A stretch of 64,000 bases of DNA from Dehalococcoidia bacterium (GCA_965207225.1 CBDBLV010000001.1:32001-96000); one strand, 5' to 3'. Positions 8,667 to 19,014 are shown, numbered from the stretch's first letter. Made by a program: numbers and translations. The notes: a model not told the origin generated them from the letters alone.

Positions 8667-9089
8667 GTGACTGACAAAACCGTAATCTCTGAGGCGATGA
8701 AGAACGCCATCGGCGTATCCTCCGCGCCAGCTTCCTATGATGTTGAAAAGGGCCACGTCAAGCGCTTCACCGAGGCCATCGGTGACCCGAGCCCCCGCTG
8801 GAGCGGCAATGACGGCGTCATACCCCCAACCTTCCTCCGAATGTGCATCCCTAACGACCTCGAGGAGCTGGAGATGCCCTTCTCCCGTGGCCTCGACGGC
8901 GGCAGCGAGTGGGACTACTTCGTCCCTGTCCGCGCAGGAGACACGATAACTGTCACCCAGTCGATTATCGACTTCACCGAAAAGCACGGCAGGCTCGGCA
9001 CCATGCTCATCGAGACCCGCCAGAACTCCTTCGTAAATCAGCGCGGCGAACTCGTCGCCACCGAAAAGACCGTCAATATCAGCTACTAA
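8667..9089 (+). CDS. MaoC-like dehydratase N-terminal (HadA-like hotdog) protein
   Basis: VEKGHVKRFTEAIGD, PPTF, LDGGSEWDYFVPVRAGD. Start uncertain. Confidence 0.8.
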   Translation: MTDKTVISEAMKNAIGVSSAPASYDVEKGHVKRFTEAIGDPSPRWSGNDGVIPPTFLRMCIPNDLEELEMPFSRGLDGGSEWDYFVPVRAGDTITVTQSIIDFTEKHGRLGTMLIETRQNSFVNQRGELVATEKTVNISY

Positions 9090-9110
9090 CAATTCTTCGA
9101 GAGGTTGCCA

Positions 9111-9527
9111 ATGAGCGAAGCCATTTACCAGATGATGAGCAAGGACCTCGGCAAGTCCACAACACCCGTCACCTATGACGTCGAAAAAGGCCACGTCAAG
9201 CGTTTCGCCGAGGCCATCGGCGACGAAAACCGCCTGTGGAGGGGCGTCACCGTACCCCCAACCTTCACCCGGGCCTTCATCCCCAGCGATGAGGATGAAA
9301 GCCAGCCCCGTCCCGCCGGCATCCGCGTCCTCGACGGCGGGAGCGAGTACGAGTATTTCAAGGCCATCCACCCCGGCGACCAGATCACCGTCGTCTCCAA
9401 GATCGCCGAAGTATTCAAGAAGGAAGGCCGGCTCGGCACCATGACCTTCCAGGTCAAGGAGGTCTCTTTCACCAATCAGGACGGCGAACTCGTCGCCACC
9501 CGCCGCGACACCGGCATCTACTACTAG
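9111..9527 (+). CDS. MaoC-like dehydratase N-terminal protein (paralog)
   Basis: VEKGHVKRFAEAIGD, PPTF, LDGGSEYEYFKAIHPGD. Confidence 0.8.
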   Translation: MSEAIYQMMSKDLGKSTTPVTYDVEKGHVKRFAEAIGDENRLWRGVTVPPTFTRAFIPSDEDESQPRPAGIRVLDGGSEYEYFKAIHPGDQITVVSKIAEVFKKEGRLGTMTFQVKEVSFTNQDGELVATRRDTGIYY

Positions 9528-9575
9528 GACCCCAAGGGAATATCCCAGACAAAGCTGAAGGCAGGAGGATAGAGA

Positions 9576-10004
9576 ATGGGACAGGTCTATTTTGAAGACG
9601 TATCCGAGGGCATGGACATCCCCACCCTCGAAAAGAACCCCACCACCCGACAGCTGGTCCAGTACGCCGGCGCATCGGGCGACTTCTACGAGATCCACTA
9701 CGACAAGGACTACGCCATAGGCAACGAGCTACCCGGCCCCATCATCCACGGCGCTCTCAAGAACGCCTGGCTCGGCCAGGTCGTCACCGACTGGATGGGC
9801 GAAGAAGGTGTACTCAAGAAGCTCAGCTGCCAGTACCGCGGCATGGACGTCCCCGGCGTGCCCATGTACATCAAGGGCAAGGTCGTCGGTAAGTCCTCCG
9901 ACGGCGGAGAGAACCTCGTCGAGTGCGAGATCTGGGGCGAGAACAACGAAGGAAAGGTCACCACGCCCGGCAAGGCCACCGTGGCCCTTCCCTCCAGAGG
10001 CTAG
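9576..10004 (+). CDS. MaoC-family (R)-hydratase/dehydratase (HadB-like)
   Basis: Hydratase-2 motif YAGASGDFYEIHYD...IIHG. Confidence 0.85.
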   Translation: MGQVYFEDVSEGMDIPTLEKNPTTRQLVQYAGASGDFYEIHYDKDYAIGNELPGPIIHGALKNAWLGQVVTDWMGEEGVLKKLSCQYRGMDVPGVPMYIKGKVVGKSSDGGENLVECEIWGENNEGKVTTPGKATVALPSRG

Positions 10005-10085
10005 AAGAAAGTCCGCTTTAACTCAGGAACCTAGACCCAAATCGGCCGCACAAGGCCGCCCCGCAAGGGGGAGCAGGAGGAAAAT

Positions 10086-11000
10086 ATGGCCCAACCTTTA
10101 GAAGGAAAAGCAGCGGTCGTTACCGGCGCCGGCAGGGGCATCGGTCGGGGCATCGCCAAGGCCCTCGCCGCCCATGGCGCTAGCGTCGTCGTCGCCGACC
10201 TCGGAGCAGCCCTCGATGGCTCCGGCGGTGACCAGGGCCCTGCTGACGAAGTAGTTAGCGAGATTAAGGCAGCCGGCGGCAACGCCGTCGCCTGCTATAA
10301 CTCCGTCGCCACCATGGAAGGTGGCGAGAACATCATCCAGACCTGCGTCGACAACTTTGGCAAGATCGACATCCTGGTCTGCGTCGCCGGTATCTTGAGA
10401 GACCGCATGGTCTTCAACATGACCGAGCAGGAATGGGACGACGTCATTGCCGTCCACCTGAAGGGCACCTTCACCTGCGTGAAGCACGCCTCCATCCTGA
10501 TGCGGCAGCAGCGCGGCGGAAGGATTATCACCTTCTCCTCCAGCAGCGGCGTCATGGGCACCACCGGCCAGACCAACTATGGCGCTGCCAAGTCCGGCAT
10601 CGCCGGTCTCACCAAGGTCGTCGCCCGGGACCTCGGCAAGTACGGCGTCACTGCCAACTCCATTCTCCCCTCCGCCGACACCCGCATGACCATGACCGAA
10701 GAGGTGCGCAAGGCCCGGGAGATCCGGCAGGCCGCAGGTCTCCCCGAGGAGTTCTCTGACGAGCCCCAGGACCCCGAGGACATCGCCCCCTTCATCTGCT
10801 ACCTCGCCAGCGACAAGGCCGCCAACGTCAACGGCCAGACCTTCTCCGTCAGGGGCAGGCTCATCTCCCTGGTCAACCAGCCGAGAATCATCGGCGCGGT
10901 CACTAAGGATGGCCTCTGGACCGTCGACGAGCTCCTGGAGGCCATCCCCAACTCCTTCGGCAAGAAGGTTAAGAACCAGTACGTGGGCAAAGCCTCTTAG
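10086..11000 (+). CDS. SDR oxidoreductase (3-hydroxyacyl-CoA dehydrogenase-like)
   Basis: TGAGRGIG, AGILRD, NYGAAK. Confidence 0.9.
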   Translation: MAQPLEGKAAVVTGAGRGIGRGIAKALAAHGASVVVADLGAALDGSGGDQGPADEVVSEIKAAGGNAVACYNSVATMEGGENIIQTCVDNFGKIDILVCVAGILRDRMVFNMTEQEWDDVIAVHLKGTFTCVKHASILMRQQRGGRIITFSSSSGVMGTTGQTNYGAAKSGIAGLTKVVARDLGKYGVTANSILPSADTRMTMTEEVRKAREIRQAAGLPEEFSDEPQDPEDIAPFICYLASDKAANVNGQTFSVRGRLISLVNQPRIIGAVTKDGLWTVDELLEAIPNSFGKKVKNQYVGKAS

Positions 11001-11038
11001 GACGGACGCTTAATTCTTAGAACATCAGGGAGAACGGA

Positions 11039-11962
11039 ATGACAGATACACTTAAAGGGAAAGCGGCCGTCGTAACCGGCGCCGGCCGGGGCATCGGCCG
11101 GGGCATTGCTCTCCTCCTCGCCCAGGAAGGCGCCAGCGTCGTAGTCAACGACCTCGGTGGCGCAGTGGACGGCAGTGGGGCCTCGCAGAGCCCCGCCGAC
11201 GAAGTGGTCGCCGAGATCAAGGCAGCCGGCGGTGAGGCCGTAGCCAACTACGAGTCCGTCGCCACCATGGAAGGCGGCGAGCGCATCATCCAGTCCTGCG
11301 TCGACAACTACGGCAAGATTGATATCCTCGTCTGCGTTGCCGGTATCCTCCGGGACCGCATGGTCTTCAACATGACCGAGGAAGAATGGGACGATGTGAT
11401 TGCCGTCCACCTGAAGGGCACCTTCACCTGCGTCAAGCATGCCGCCATCCTCATGCGACAGCAGAGGGGCGGACGGATTGTCTGTTTCAGCTCCACCTCG
11501 GGGCTGTTCGGCAACTCCGGCCAGGCCAACTACGGCGCAGCCAAGGACGGCATCGCCGGGATAGTGCGCTGCGTATCCCAGGACCTGGGCAAGTACGGCG
11601 TAACCTGCAACGGAATCTCCCCCTCCGCCGCCACCCGCATGACCCTCACCGAGGAGGTCCGCAAGGCCCGGGAGATCCGCGCCGCCGCCGGACAGGCCGC
11701 CACCGAAGAGGAGAGGCTCGACCCGCCCGAGGGCATCGCCCCGGCCGTCGCCTTCCTCTGCACCGACCAGGCCCAGAACTTCAACGGCGAGATCCTCCAC
11801 GTCGCCGGCGGTTTCGTCGGCCTCATGAGCCATCCCGACGAGGTCAACGACCTCTACAAGCAGAGTGGACGCTGGACCTTCGATGAGATCGCGCGGGAGT
11901 TCCCGGTGGCCATCGGCGAGGACCTCGTCAACCCCGCCCCGCCCCAGCCCCCCAGGCAGTAA
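11039..11962 (+). CDS. SDR oxidoreductase (tandem paralog)
   Basis: TGAGRGIG, NYGAAK; very similar to the upstream gene. Confidence 0.9.
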   Translation: MTDTLKGKAAVVTGAGRGIGRGIALLLAQEGASVVVNDLGGAVDGSGASQSPADEVVAEIKAAGGEAVANYESVATMEGGERIIQSCVDNYGKIDILVCVAGILRDRMVFNMTEEEWDDVIAVHLKGTFTCVKHAAILMRQQRGGRIVCFSSTSGLFGNSGQANYGAAKDGIAGIVRCVSQDLGKYGVTCNGISPSAATRMTLTEEVRKAREIRAAAGQAATEEERLDPPEGIAPAVAFLCTDQAQNFNGEILHVAGGFVGLMSHPDEVNDLYKQSGRWTFDEIAREFPVAIGEDLVNPAPPQPPRQ

Positions 11963-11984
11963 CCCTTTCCCAAAGGCAAATACA

Positions 11985-12015
11985 AAGGGCCGCCGACCTT
12001 GGGTCGGCGGCCCTT
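11985..12015 (-). terminator. Intrinsic terminator between convergent genes
   Basis: AAGGGCCGCCGACC-TTG-GGTCGGCGGCCCTT, with a T-rich tract on the minus strand. Confidence 0.7.
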
Positions 12016-12044
12016 CGCCGCTTCAATATCCTTGGCGGCTTGCC

Positions 12045-12626
12045 CTAACCCCTGGTCTCCCCCACCCCCGACCGCTGCCCACCCTCCACCTGCCCGTTCA
12101 CCGCAACCGGGAACCTCTCCCACCTCGCCCGGGACAGCTCCATCAGCACGAACGTCTTCCCTTCTCTCCTCACCCTGTCCCTGGCCATGAACCCGCACTT
12201 CTCAAAGGACCGCTGTGCCCTGCGGTTCCACTCCAGTGTGTGCAGGTACACCGTCCGCAGCCCCTCTACGTTGAACAGGTGCCGCACCAGCAGCCTCACC
12301 GCCTCCGCCCCGTAGCCCTGCCCCCAGTACTCCTTGTCCCCTATCATGATCCCCACCTCGGCCTGACCCCTGTACGGGTCCAGGTCGTAGTACATGCAAT
12401 TGCCTATGTGCCTGCCCTGCAGGTCGTCTATGGCGAACTTGTACTTGTGAGGCTGCGGGAACTGCAGCTCGTCTGCGTAGAAGGCTTTGTAGCTGGCAAA
12501 CCTCGTTGTGAGCGGCTGAGTAGCGTCCAGCCGGGCCAGCTCCTCGTCCGTGCGCCACAGGTAGTCCTGGTAGGCGTCATCCAGCCTCTTCTCCCGCAAC
12601 ACCACCTTCTTCCCCCGAAGTATCAC
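12045..12626 (-). CDS. GNAT N-acetyltransferase (RimJ/RimL-like)
   Basis: AEVGIMIGDKEYWGQGYG, NRRAQRSFEKCGF. The GTG start overlaps the NUDIX stop. Confidence 0.85.
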   Translation of the reverse strand: MILRGKKVVLREKRLDDAYQDYLWRTDEELARLDATQPLTTRFASYKAFYADELQFPQPHKYKFAIDDLQGRHIGNCMYYDLDPYRGQAEVGIMIGDKEYWGQGYGAEAVRLLVRHLFNVEGLRTVYLHTLEWNRRAQRSFEKCGFMARDRVRREGKTFVLMELSRARWERFPVAVNGQVEGGQRSGVGETRG

Positions 12627-13111
12627 TCCCGACCCCTCAGCCGCTCTATCGCCTCGGCCACTATCCGCTCTTCGTTCTTGTAGGTCAGCGTCTTCCTCGC
12701 TTCCTCCGCTTCGAACCACTTCACAACGTCAAACTCGGGGTCGTGCTGCTCCATGGAGCCCCCCGTGGCCCGCATCAGGTAGAAATACACAGTCTTGTGG
12801 TTCCTCACCCCCGACGCCACGAACCAGTAGCTTATGCTCCCCAGGTCCTCCTCGATAACCGCCTCCAGCCCCGTCTCCTCCCGGGTCTCCCGCAGCGCCG
12901 TCTCCTCCCGGGTCTCCCCCGGGTCCGGAGTGCCTTTCGGCAGGCGCCAGCTCTTCGGGCGAAGGTGACCACACAGGGCGATCTCCACCCCTCCCCCGTT
13001 CTCTCGGTAGACCACGCCCCCCGCCGATACAGGGTGCGCTATCTTTAATGCTTGATTGCTCGTGGGTCTCCTCCCCGCCGAGATTTTAGGCGTGAGGCCA
13101 ATGCCGGTCAA
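12623..13111 (-). CDS. NUDIX hydrolase
   Basis: SAGGVV and Nudix box LPKGTPDPGETREETALRETREETG. Start uncertain. Confidence 0.88.
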   Translation of the reverse strand: MTGIGLTPKISAGRRPTSNQALKIAHPVSAGGVVYRENGGGVEIALCGHLRPKSWRLPKGTPDPGETREETALRETREETGLEAVIEEDLGSISYWFVASGVRNHKTVYFYLMRATGGSMEQHDPEFDVVKWFEAEEARKTLTYKNEERIVAEAIERLRGRE

Positions 13112-13134
13112 ATTGCGCCGGCTGCTCCCCCGGC

Positions 13135-14448
13135 CTAACCCTCCCCTTCCGTCCTCGCCACCGACACGTCGGTGCAATAAAGCGGCGGAGTCCTCAGCGA
13201 TCCCCCTCGCCACTTCGCCTCGCTTCCAATGGCTATCAGGTTGTTCAATGTCTCGTAGACGTTCCCGGACAACATGCTGTTCTTCACCCGACCCACTATC
13301 TGCCCGTTTTCCACCTTGTAGCCCAGCAGCACGTTCCCGCTGTAGTCGCCGGCCAGGATGTTGGTCTGCCCCGCCCCCAGGAACCTCTCCACCACCAGCC
13401 CCTCCTTCATGTCCGCAATCATCGCGTCGAAGGTCATGTCCCCCTCGGCAATGGAGATCACGCTCGTCGACGGTGATGGCAGAGACCCCGACCCCCTCGC
13501 CGCGTTGCCTGTGGTCTCCGCCCCGGCCTGTGCCGCCGTCTTCAGATCGTAGATGAAATTGCTGGCGACACCCTTGTCGATGAGCGGTGTGACCCTGGTG
13601 GGCACCCCCTCGTCGTCCCAGGGTCGGCTCCCAGGCCGGTAGGCAATCGTCCCGTCGTCATACAGGCTGAACCGCTCGTCCACTACCTTTTCTCCCAACC
13701 TCCCCACCAGCGGCGAAGACCCCTGCACAACGGTCTTGCCATTGAATCCCACCAGCAGCGGCGAAAGAAGCAGACCGGCCACCGCGTCGGGCGTGAAGAC
13801 CACCGGAAACTTCCCAGTGGTGACCTCCGCCTCTCGTTGTGCCATCTCCAGCTGCCCCCTCACCCGGGCCACGATCTCCGACGCATCCTCAATCGGCCTG
13901 CACGAGCTCTCCCCTTCCCCGACGAACAACATGTCCGTGCCCCGTACCAGCGTCCCGCTCAGCCCCAGGGAGAACACCGTCTTTTCGTAAGAGGCGTCCA
14001 CCCCCTCGCTGTTCATTATCCTCACCTTCACCACCGACTGCGACGCTCCCGCATCGCACAACACCTCCGGGTGCCCCTCCAGGATCCCCTCCACCATCTC
14101 CTGCGACAGCTCGACCATCTTCTCGATTGGCACCTGCGGTACTGCGGGGTCGAAGGTCGGGACCTCCGGGTGCTCCGCCGCCGAGGGTAGCCCGAACTCC
14201 GCCTTCGCCCCGTAGGGCGCCACCTCCACCGCCCGACTCACAATCCCTTCCACGTCTTCCACCTTGTTCGTGGCCGAAAAGCCTATCCGACCGTCCTTGA
14301 TTATCCTCAGCCCCACCCCCCGCGCCTCCTTGGTCTGCATATGCTTCAGCCTGTTAGTCTCAAAGGCCACGGGTATGGACCGGCTCTCGACCCAGAACAG
14401 GTCCGCTGCGTCTGCGACCTTGCGGGCGGCGTCCAGTATCTCTTCCAA
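13135..14448 (-). CDS. pmbA: TldE/PmbA family protein
   Basis: PWDDEGVP, TTGNAARG and GDYS motifs; lacks HExxxH; paired with tldD. Confidence 0.85.
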   Translation of the reverse strand: MEEILDAARKVADAADLFWVESRSIPVAFETNRLKHMQTKEARGVGLRIIKDGRIGFSATNKVEDVEGIVSRAVEVAPYGAKAEFGLPSAAEHPEVPTFDPAVPQVPIEKMVELSQEMVEGILEGHPEVLCDAGASQSVVKVRIMNSEGVDASYEKTVFSLGLSGTLVRGTDMLFVGEGESSCRPIEDASEIVARVRGQLEMAQREAEVTTGKFPVVFTPDAVAGLLLSPLLVGFNGKTVVQGSSPLVGRLGEKVVDERFSLYDDGTIAYRPGSRPWDDEGVPTRVTPLIDKGVASNFIYDLKTAAQAGAETTGNAARGSGSLPSPSTSVISIAEGDMTFDAMIADMKEGLVVERFLGAGQTNILAGDYSGNVLLGYKVENGQIVGRVKNSMLSGNVYETLNNLIAIGSEAKWRGGSLRTPPLYCTDVSVARTEGEG

Positions 14449-15816
14449 CTAGGCCCCTCCCACCAGGCATTTGGCTATTCTGATATGCGGGCTTCCGTTG
14501 GACACCGGCAGCGGCGACTGACCGCCCTTCCCGCACCCTCCGCCCTGGTTCATGTCCAGGTCGTTGCCCACTGCGTCCAGGTTCTTCAAAGTCTCGAACA
14601 CGTTGCCCGACAGGGTCACGGGCCGCAGTAGTTCGGCGACCTTCCCGTCCCGGATCATGTACGCCTCCCGAGCGGAGAACGTGAACATCTCCATGCTCGT
14701 CATCCCGCCGTACCAGTCGCAGGCATACACCCCCTCCTTCACGTCGGCGATCATCTCCTCGAAGGTCGTGGCCCCGGGCTCTATGAATGTGTTGGTCATG
14801 CGCACGATCGGTTCGTAACGGAAGTCGATGGCCCGGGCATTCCCCGAAGGCGCCTCACCCATCTTCGCCGCAGTCTCCCGAGAGTGCAGCCTCCCCACCA
14901 GATCCCCTTCCTTTATCAGGTACGACCGAGTGGATGGTACTCCCTCATCGTCGTATTTGTAGCTGCCCCTCAGGCCCGGCACCGCTGCCCCGTCCACGAT
15001 ATTTAGGTGTTCACCCCCGAACTTCCGACCCAGCACCATCACCTCTTTGAGCCGGTCGTTCTCGTATACGTGGTCCGACTCCGATAGGTGCCCGAAGGCC
15101 TCATGGGTGAACACCCCGGCCAGCACTGGGTCCAGGATCACAGTGTATTCGCCACCCTGCACCCTGGGCGCTGCCAGCAAACTCGCAGCCTTCTCCGCTA
15201 TCTCCCTCGAATCCTGGTGCAGCCCCTCTACCACCGAGAAATCACCGCTGCTCCCGAGGCTTACACCCGCCTGCTGCACCTCCGACCCGTCCCTCGCCGT
15301 CGCCGACAACCTCAGGCTCACGTCCACCCTCTGCTGCTCGATATAGCTACCATCCGAGTTGGCGAAGACTACTTTCTTGTGACCGTCCCCATAGGCGATC
15401 AGCGTGGTTTGGATGCCCCCTACCCCCCACATCACCTCGTTGTACTCATCCATCAGCCCTTTTTTCTCTGCCAGGGTCAGGGTCCTGGGGTCCTTCCCAA
15501 GCTGGGGCTCAACGATGTCCACTATAGGGTCGACACCCGCCAGCTCGCTGGTCTCCTGCCCCACAATCCGCGCCTGACGCACCGCATCTTCCACCCGTGC
15601 CCCGAGCCCCTCGATGGTGTTGAAGCTCACGAACCCCCACCCCCCGTTCACCAGCGCCCGGACGTTCCCGCCCAGGCTCGTCGTCATCCCCACGTCCTCC
15701 AGCTCCCGACCCCGGTAAAGCAGCCTCGTCGACTCCCCCTCCTCGATCCGCACTTCCACGTAGTCCGCCCCGTGACCCTTCAGGGCTTGGGATATCTGGT
15801 CGCGTAGGTCGGGCAT
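14449..15816 (-). CDS. tldD: TldD metalloprotease
   Basis: HEAFGH, YDDEG, PIVRMTNT, CGKGGQ..PVSNGSP. Confidence 0.9.
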   Translation of the reverse strand: MPDLRDQISQALKGHGADYVEVRIEEGESTRLLYRGRELEDVGMTTSLGGNVRALVNGGWGFVSFNTIEGLGARVEDAVRQARIVGQETSELAGVDPIVDIVEPQLGKDPRTLTLAEKKGLMDEYNEVMWGVGGIQTTLIAYGDGHKKVVFANSDGSYIEQQRVDVSLRLSATARDGSEVQQAGVSLGSSGDFSVVEGLHQDSREIAEKAASLLAAPRVQGGEYTVILDPVLAGVFTHEAFGHLSESDHVYENDRLKEVMVLGRKFGGEHLNIVDGAAVPGLRGSYKYDDEGVPSTRSYLIKEGDLVGRLHSRETAAKMGEAPSGNARAIDFRYEPIVRMTNTFIEPGATTFEEMIADVKEGVYACDWYGGMTSMEMFTFSAREAYMIRDGKVAELLRPVTLSGNVFETLKNLDAVGNDLDMNQGGGCGKGGQSPLPVSNGSPHIRIAKCLVGGA

Positions 15817-15921
15817 AGGGCTTCCTCCGAGTCGGGCCAAATCGGGCCGGAAGGGCAGTTTAACAGGCTCCCGCCTTATTGCGAAAGGGGCCGGACTTTT
15901 CGGTGACTTGTGAAATATTGT

Positions 15922-15960
15922 TTGATAGGATAATTCTGATGATATAATAAAACATATCAT
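15922..15960 (+). promoter_or_regulatory. AT-rich promoter/operator upstream of the Fic gene
   Basis: TGATATAAT extended -10 overlapped by the palindrome ATGATAT-N8-ATATCAT. Confidence 0.45.
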
Positions 15961-15967
15961 ATTAGTG

Positions 15968-17059
15968 ATGAATGATACTATCTTCGCTCCTCAATTTAAC
16001 ACTACCACGCTGTTGCGGCAGCGCCTCGAGGCCCTTGACCGTAACCACTGGCTCGTCGAGAACATGCTCCTTATGCCCAAGCACGAAGCCTGGCTCAAAC
16101 GCGATGTAACCGTCAGCCGCGCCTCAGGCACCACCAGGATCGAGGGTGCGGGTCTCGACGAAAGAGCCGTTGGCAGGTTACTCCGGGACGGCCGGCGCTC
16201 CCGGGACCAGGATGAGCAGGACAACGTCAACGCCTCCCGGGCTTACGAATTCGTCGACTATCTCAGCGATGAGACCGACATTCCTCTGGATGAGTTCGTC
16301 ATCCGACAGCTTAACCGGGAGTTCATGTACGCCGCCCCCGAGACTCTGACCCCGGGCATATACCGCAAGGGCCAGAACACCGTCGGTAGCTATACCCCGC
16401 CAAACCAGGGTGACGTGCCCGGCCTGATGAGGGCCTTCGGCCTATGGCTCAGGTCGGAGGATGGGACAGACCGTGTCCTTAAGTCGGGGATAGCCCATAT
16501 CCACCTTGTAGCCATTCATCCCTTCTGGGACGGGAACGGCCGCACGGCAAGGGCCCTGTCGACCCTTGTGCTCCAGAGGTCGCCCTACCACTTCAGGAGG
16601 CTCCTCTCCCTGGAGGCTGACCTATACCACGCCCGAGACCTCTATTTCTCCACCCTCGAGCGCACCCTCGGCCCAGCCTTCTCTGAGCCATACGACGTGA
16701 CCGGTTGGCTAGAGTTCTACACCGGCCTCATGCTGGAAAGCTCCCAGAAGCTGATTAACTGCCTGACCGACTGGCACAGGCTCACCGCCCCCGTCCTCAA
16801 CACCCTGGAGTGCCACGGCCTTAAGCCCAGGCAGGCCGATGGCTTATTGTACGCCGTTCGTGCGGGCAGCATTACTAGGGCAGAATACATAGAGGTGACC
16901 GGCGTCCTCCCCATTACCGCCTCCCGAGACCTGGCCCAGCTGACTGAGTTGGGCCTTCTGGCGGCCGTGGGTCGAGGCAGGGCAAGATACTACTTGCCTG
17001 TAAAGCAGCAACCGGGCGATCCTGACCCGCAACAGGAGCCTCTTCCTGGGTTAAGATAA
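15968..17059 (+). CDS. Fic-family protein with C-terminal wHTH
   Basis: HPFWDGNGRTAR; N-terminal inhibitory motif TTRIEG; C-terminal TASRDLAQL..GRGRARYY. Confidence 0.9.
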   Translation: MNDTIFAPQFNTTTLLRQRLEALDRNHWLVENMLLMPKHEAWLKRDVTVSRASGTTRIEGAGLDERAVGRLLRDGRRSRDQDEQDNVNASRAYEFVDYLSDETDIPLDEFVIRQLNREFMYAAPETLTPGIYRKGQNTVGSYTPPNQGDVPGLMRAFGLWLRSEDGTDRVLKSGIAHIHLVAIHPFWDGNGRTARALSTLVLQRSPYHFRRLLSLEADLYHARDLYFSTLERTLGPAFSEPYDVTGWLEFYTGLMLESSQKLINCLTDWHRLTAPVLNTLECHGLKPRQADGLLYAVRAGSITRAEYIEVTGVLPITASRDLAQLTELGLLAAVGRGRARYYLPVKQQPGDPDPQQEPLPGLR

Positions 17060-17091
17060 TATGCAGACCAGCACCATCACCGGAGACTCCC

Positions 17092-17844
17092 ATGCCCACC
17101 CCCCACCCCAAAACCCCCACCCGACGCCGCAAGCCCTCCCCCCTCTGCGGCCGCACCACAAAGCACATTCCCATCTCCGACCTCATAGCCCGTCTCGAGC
17201 CGCTCTACGGCCCCCCAGCCGCTCCCCGCCCCTACGACCCACTCTCCGAGCTTATCTTCACCGTCCTATCCCAGCACACCTCTGACATCAACTCCTACCG
17301 CGCCTTCGCCAAGCTCAGGGAGACTTTTCCTACCTGGGAAGAGGTCCTTGACGCCGATGTAGAAGCCCTCGCAGAGTCCATAAAGATGGGCGGTCTTTCG
17401 AAGGTCAAGGCCCCCAGGCTTCAGGAAATACTAACCGACGTCCTGGAGCGGAACGGTTCCTGGGACCTCTCCTTCCTCGGCGAAATGCCCATGCCGGAAG
17501 CCAAGAAATGGCTCCTGGAACTCCCGGGCGTCGGGCCCAAGACCGTGGGCTGCGTTCTCCTCTTCTCCCTCGGCATGCCCGCCATGATCGTCGACACCCA
17601 CGTCCACCGAGTCGCCAAACGCCTCAACCTAATAGGCCCCAAGGTCTCCGCCGACGATGCCCATGACATCCTCGAGGCCAAGGTCCCCCCCGACGACGTG
17701 CTCGGTGCCCATATCTATATCATCGCCCACGGCCGCCAGGTCTGTAAGGCCCAACGCCCCCTCTGCGACATCTGCGTCCTCGAAGACCAATGCCCCTCCA
17801 GCGAACTCCGCCGCAAGCCCAGGTCCCGCAAAGCCAAGACGTGA
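17092..17844 (+). CDS. nth: Endonuclease III (HhH-GPD, 4Fe-4S)
   Basis: LPGVGPKT, VDTHVHRV, HGRQVCKAQRPLCDICVLEDQC. Confidence 0.85.
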   Translation: MPTPHPKTPTRRRKPSPLCGRTTKHIPISDLIARLEPLYGPPAAPRPYDPLSELIFTVLSQHTSDINSYRAFAKLRETFPTWEEVLDADVEALAESIKMGGLSKVKAPRLQEILTDVLERNGSWDLSFLGEMPMPEAKKWLLELPGVGPKTVGCVLLFSLGMPAMIVDTHVHRVAKRLNLIGPKVSADDAHDILEAKVPPDDVLGAHIYIIAHGRQVCKAQRPLCDICVLEDQCPSSELRRKPRSRKAKT

Positions 17845-17914
17845 GCCTCCTCCTTGAATTCCCACCCGGATATTGGCAGACTATAGCCTCTTTCCAGGCT
17901 AGGGAGATTCCGAT

Positions 17915-18946
17915 ATGAAGACCGCCATCCTCAACGTTACCGGCTACGCAGGCGCCGAGCTCGCCCGACTCCTCCACAACCACCCCGAGATCGAGCTCAC
18001 CTCCGTCACAGGCCGCAGCGCCCAGGGCCAGATGCTCGGCGAGGTCTTCCCCCATCTGTCCGATATCGATCTGGTAATCGAAGCGGAGCCGGACGGGGAA
18101 GAGATGGTCTTCTCCGCCCTCCCCCACAAGTCCAGCGGCGAGAGGGTCGTGCCCCTCGTCGAGGACCGCTCCCGCGTCGTAGACCTCAGCGCCGACTTCC
18201 GTCTCCGCTCTCCCGCCGAATACGAGGAGTGGTACAACACCCCTCATGCCAGCGCCGCCCTCCAGGAAGAGGCTGTCTACGGCCTCACCGAGCTATACCG
18301 CTCCGAGATCGGCACGGCCCGGTTGGTGGCCAACCCCGGCTGCTATCCCACCTCAGCCATCCTGGCCCTTGCCCCCCTGGTCAAGGAGAAGCTCATCGAG
18401 CCGACCATCATCGTGGACAGCAAGTCCGGCGTGTCGGGGGCGGGCCGGGGCCTGAGCCTGAACACCCACTTCTCAGAGGTCAACGAAAACGTCAAAGCCT
18501 ATGGTATAGACGGCCACCGGCACCTCCCCGAAATCGTCCAGGAGGTCGCCCTCCTTGACCCGACCCTCGACGCCCGGATCACCTTCCTACCCCACCTCAT
18601 CCCCATGACCCGAGGCATCCTCAGCTCCTGCTACGCCACCCTCTCCGGCACATCCATCTCAATAGACGCCAGTGGCCGCCGGCAGCTGACCGACCTCTAC
18701 CGTGAATTCTACGCCGACGAGCCCTTCGTCCGTGTCGTCGACGTGCCACCCCAGACCAAGCAGACCTGGGGCAACAACTACTGCCTCGTCTACCCGACTC
18801 TCGACCTCCGCACCGGCCGCGTGATGGTCGTGAGTTGCATCGACAACCTCGTCAAGGGTGCCGCGGGCCAGGCCATCCAGAACATGAACGTCATGGCCGG
18901 CTACCCGGAAGAAACGGGCCTCGAGTCCCTCGCCCTCTTTCCCTAA
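17915..18946 (+). CDS. argC: N-acetyl-gamma-glutamyl-phosphate reductase
   Basis: TGYAGAEL, ANPGCYPT, SGVSGAGR, HRHLPEI, DNLVKGAAGQAIQNMN. Confidence 0.96.
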   Translation: MKTAILNVTGYAGAELARLLHNHPEIELTSVTGRSAQGQMLGEVFPHLSDIDLVIEAEPDGEEMVFSALPHKSSGERVVPLVEDRSRVVDLSADFRLRSPAEYEEWYNTPHASAALQEEAVYGLTELYRSEIGTARLVANPGCYPTSAILALAPLVKEKLIEPTIIVDSKSGVSGAGRGLSLNTHFSEVNENVKAYGIDGHRHLPEIVQEVALLDPTLDARITFLPHLIPMTRGILSSCYATLSGTSISIDASGRRQLTDLYREFYADEPFVRVVDVPPQTKQTWGNNYCLVYPTLDLRTGRVMVVSCIDNLVKGAAGQAIQNMNVMAGYPEETGLESLALFP

Positions 18947-19014
18947 GCCTGTTGCATCTCCCACCTCCCTGCGGTTTAATACCTCGGGCGTTTTTTCGCC
19001 CGACACCACCGCCA

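Noticed and set aside
14449-15960. TldD/E as part of a RiPP cluster, and the 503-aa extended start
   Set aside because: No precursor peptide, YcaO or modifying enzymes nearby; the extension covers the AT-rich Fic promoter, so ATG 15816 is preferred.
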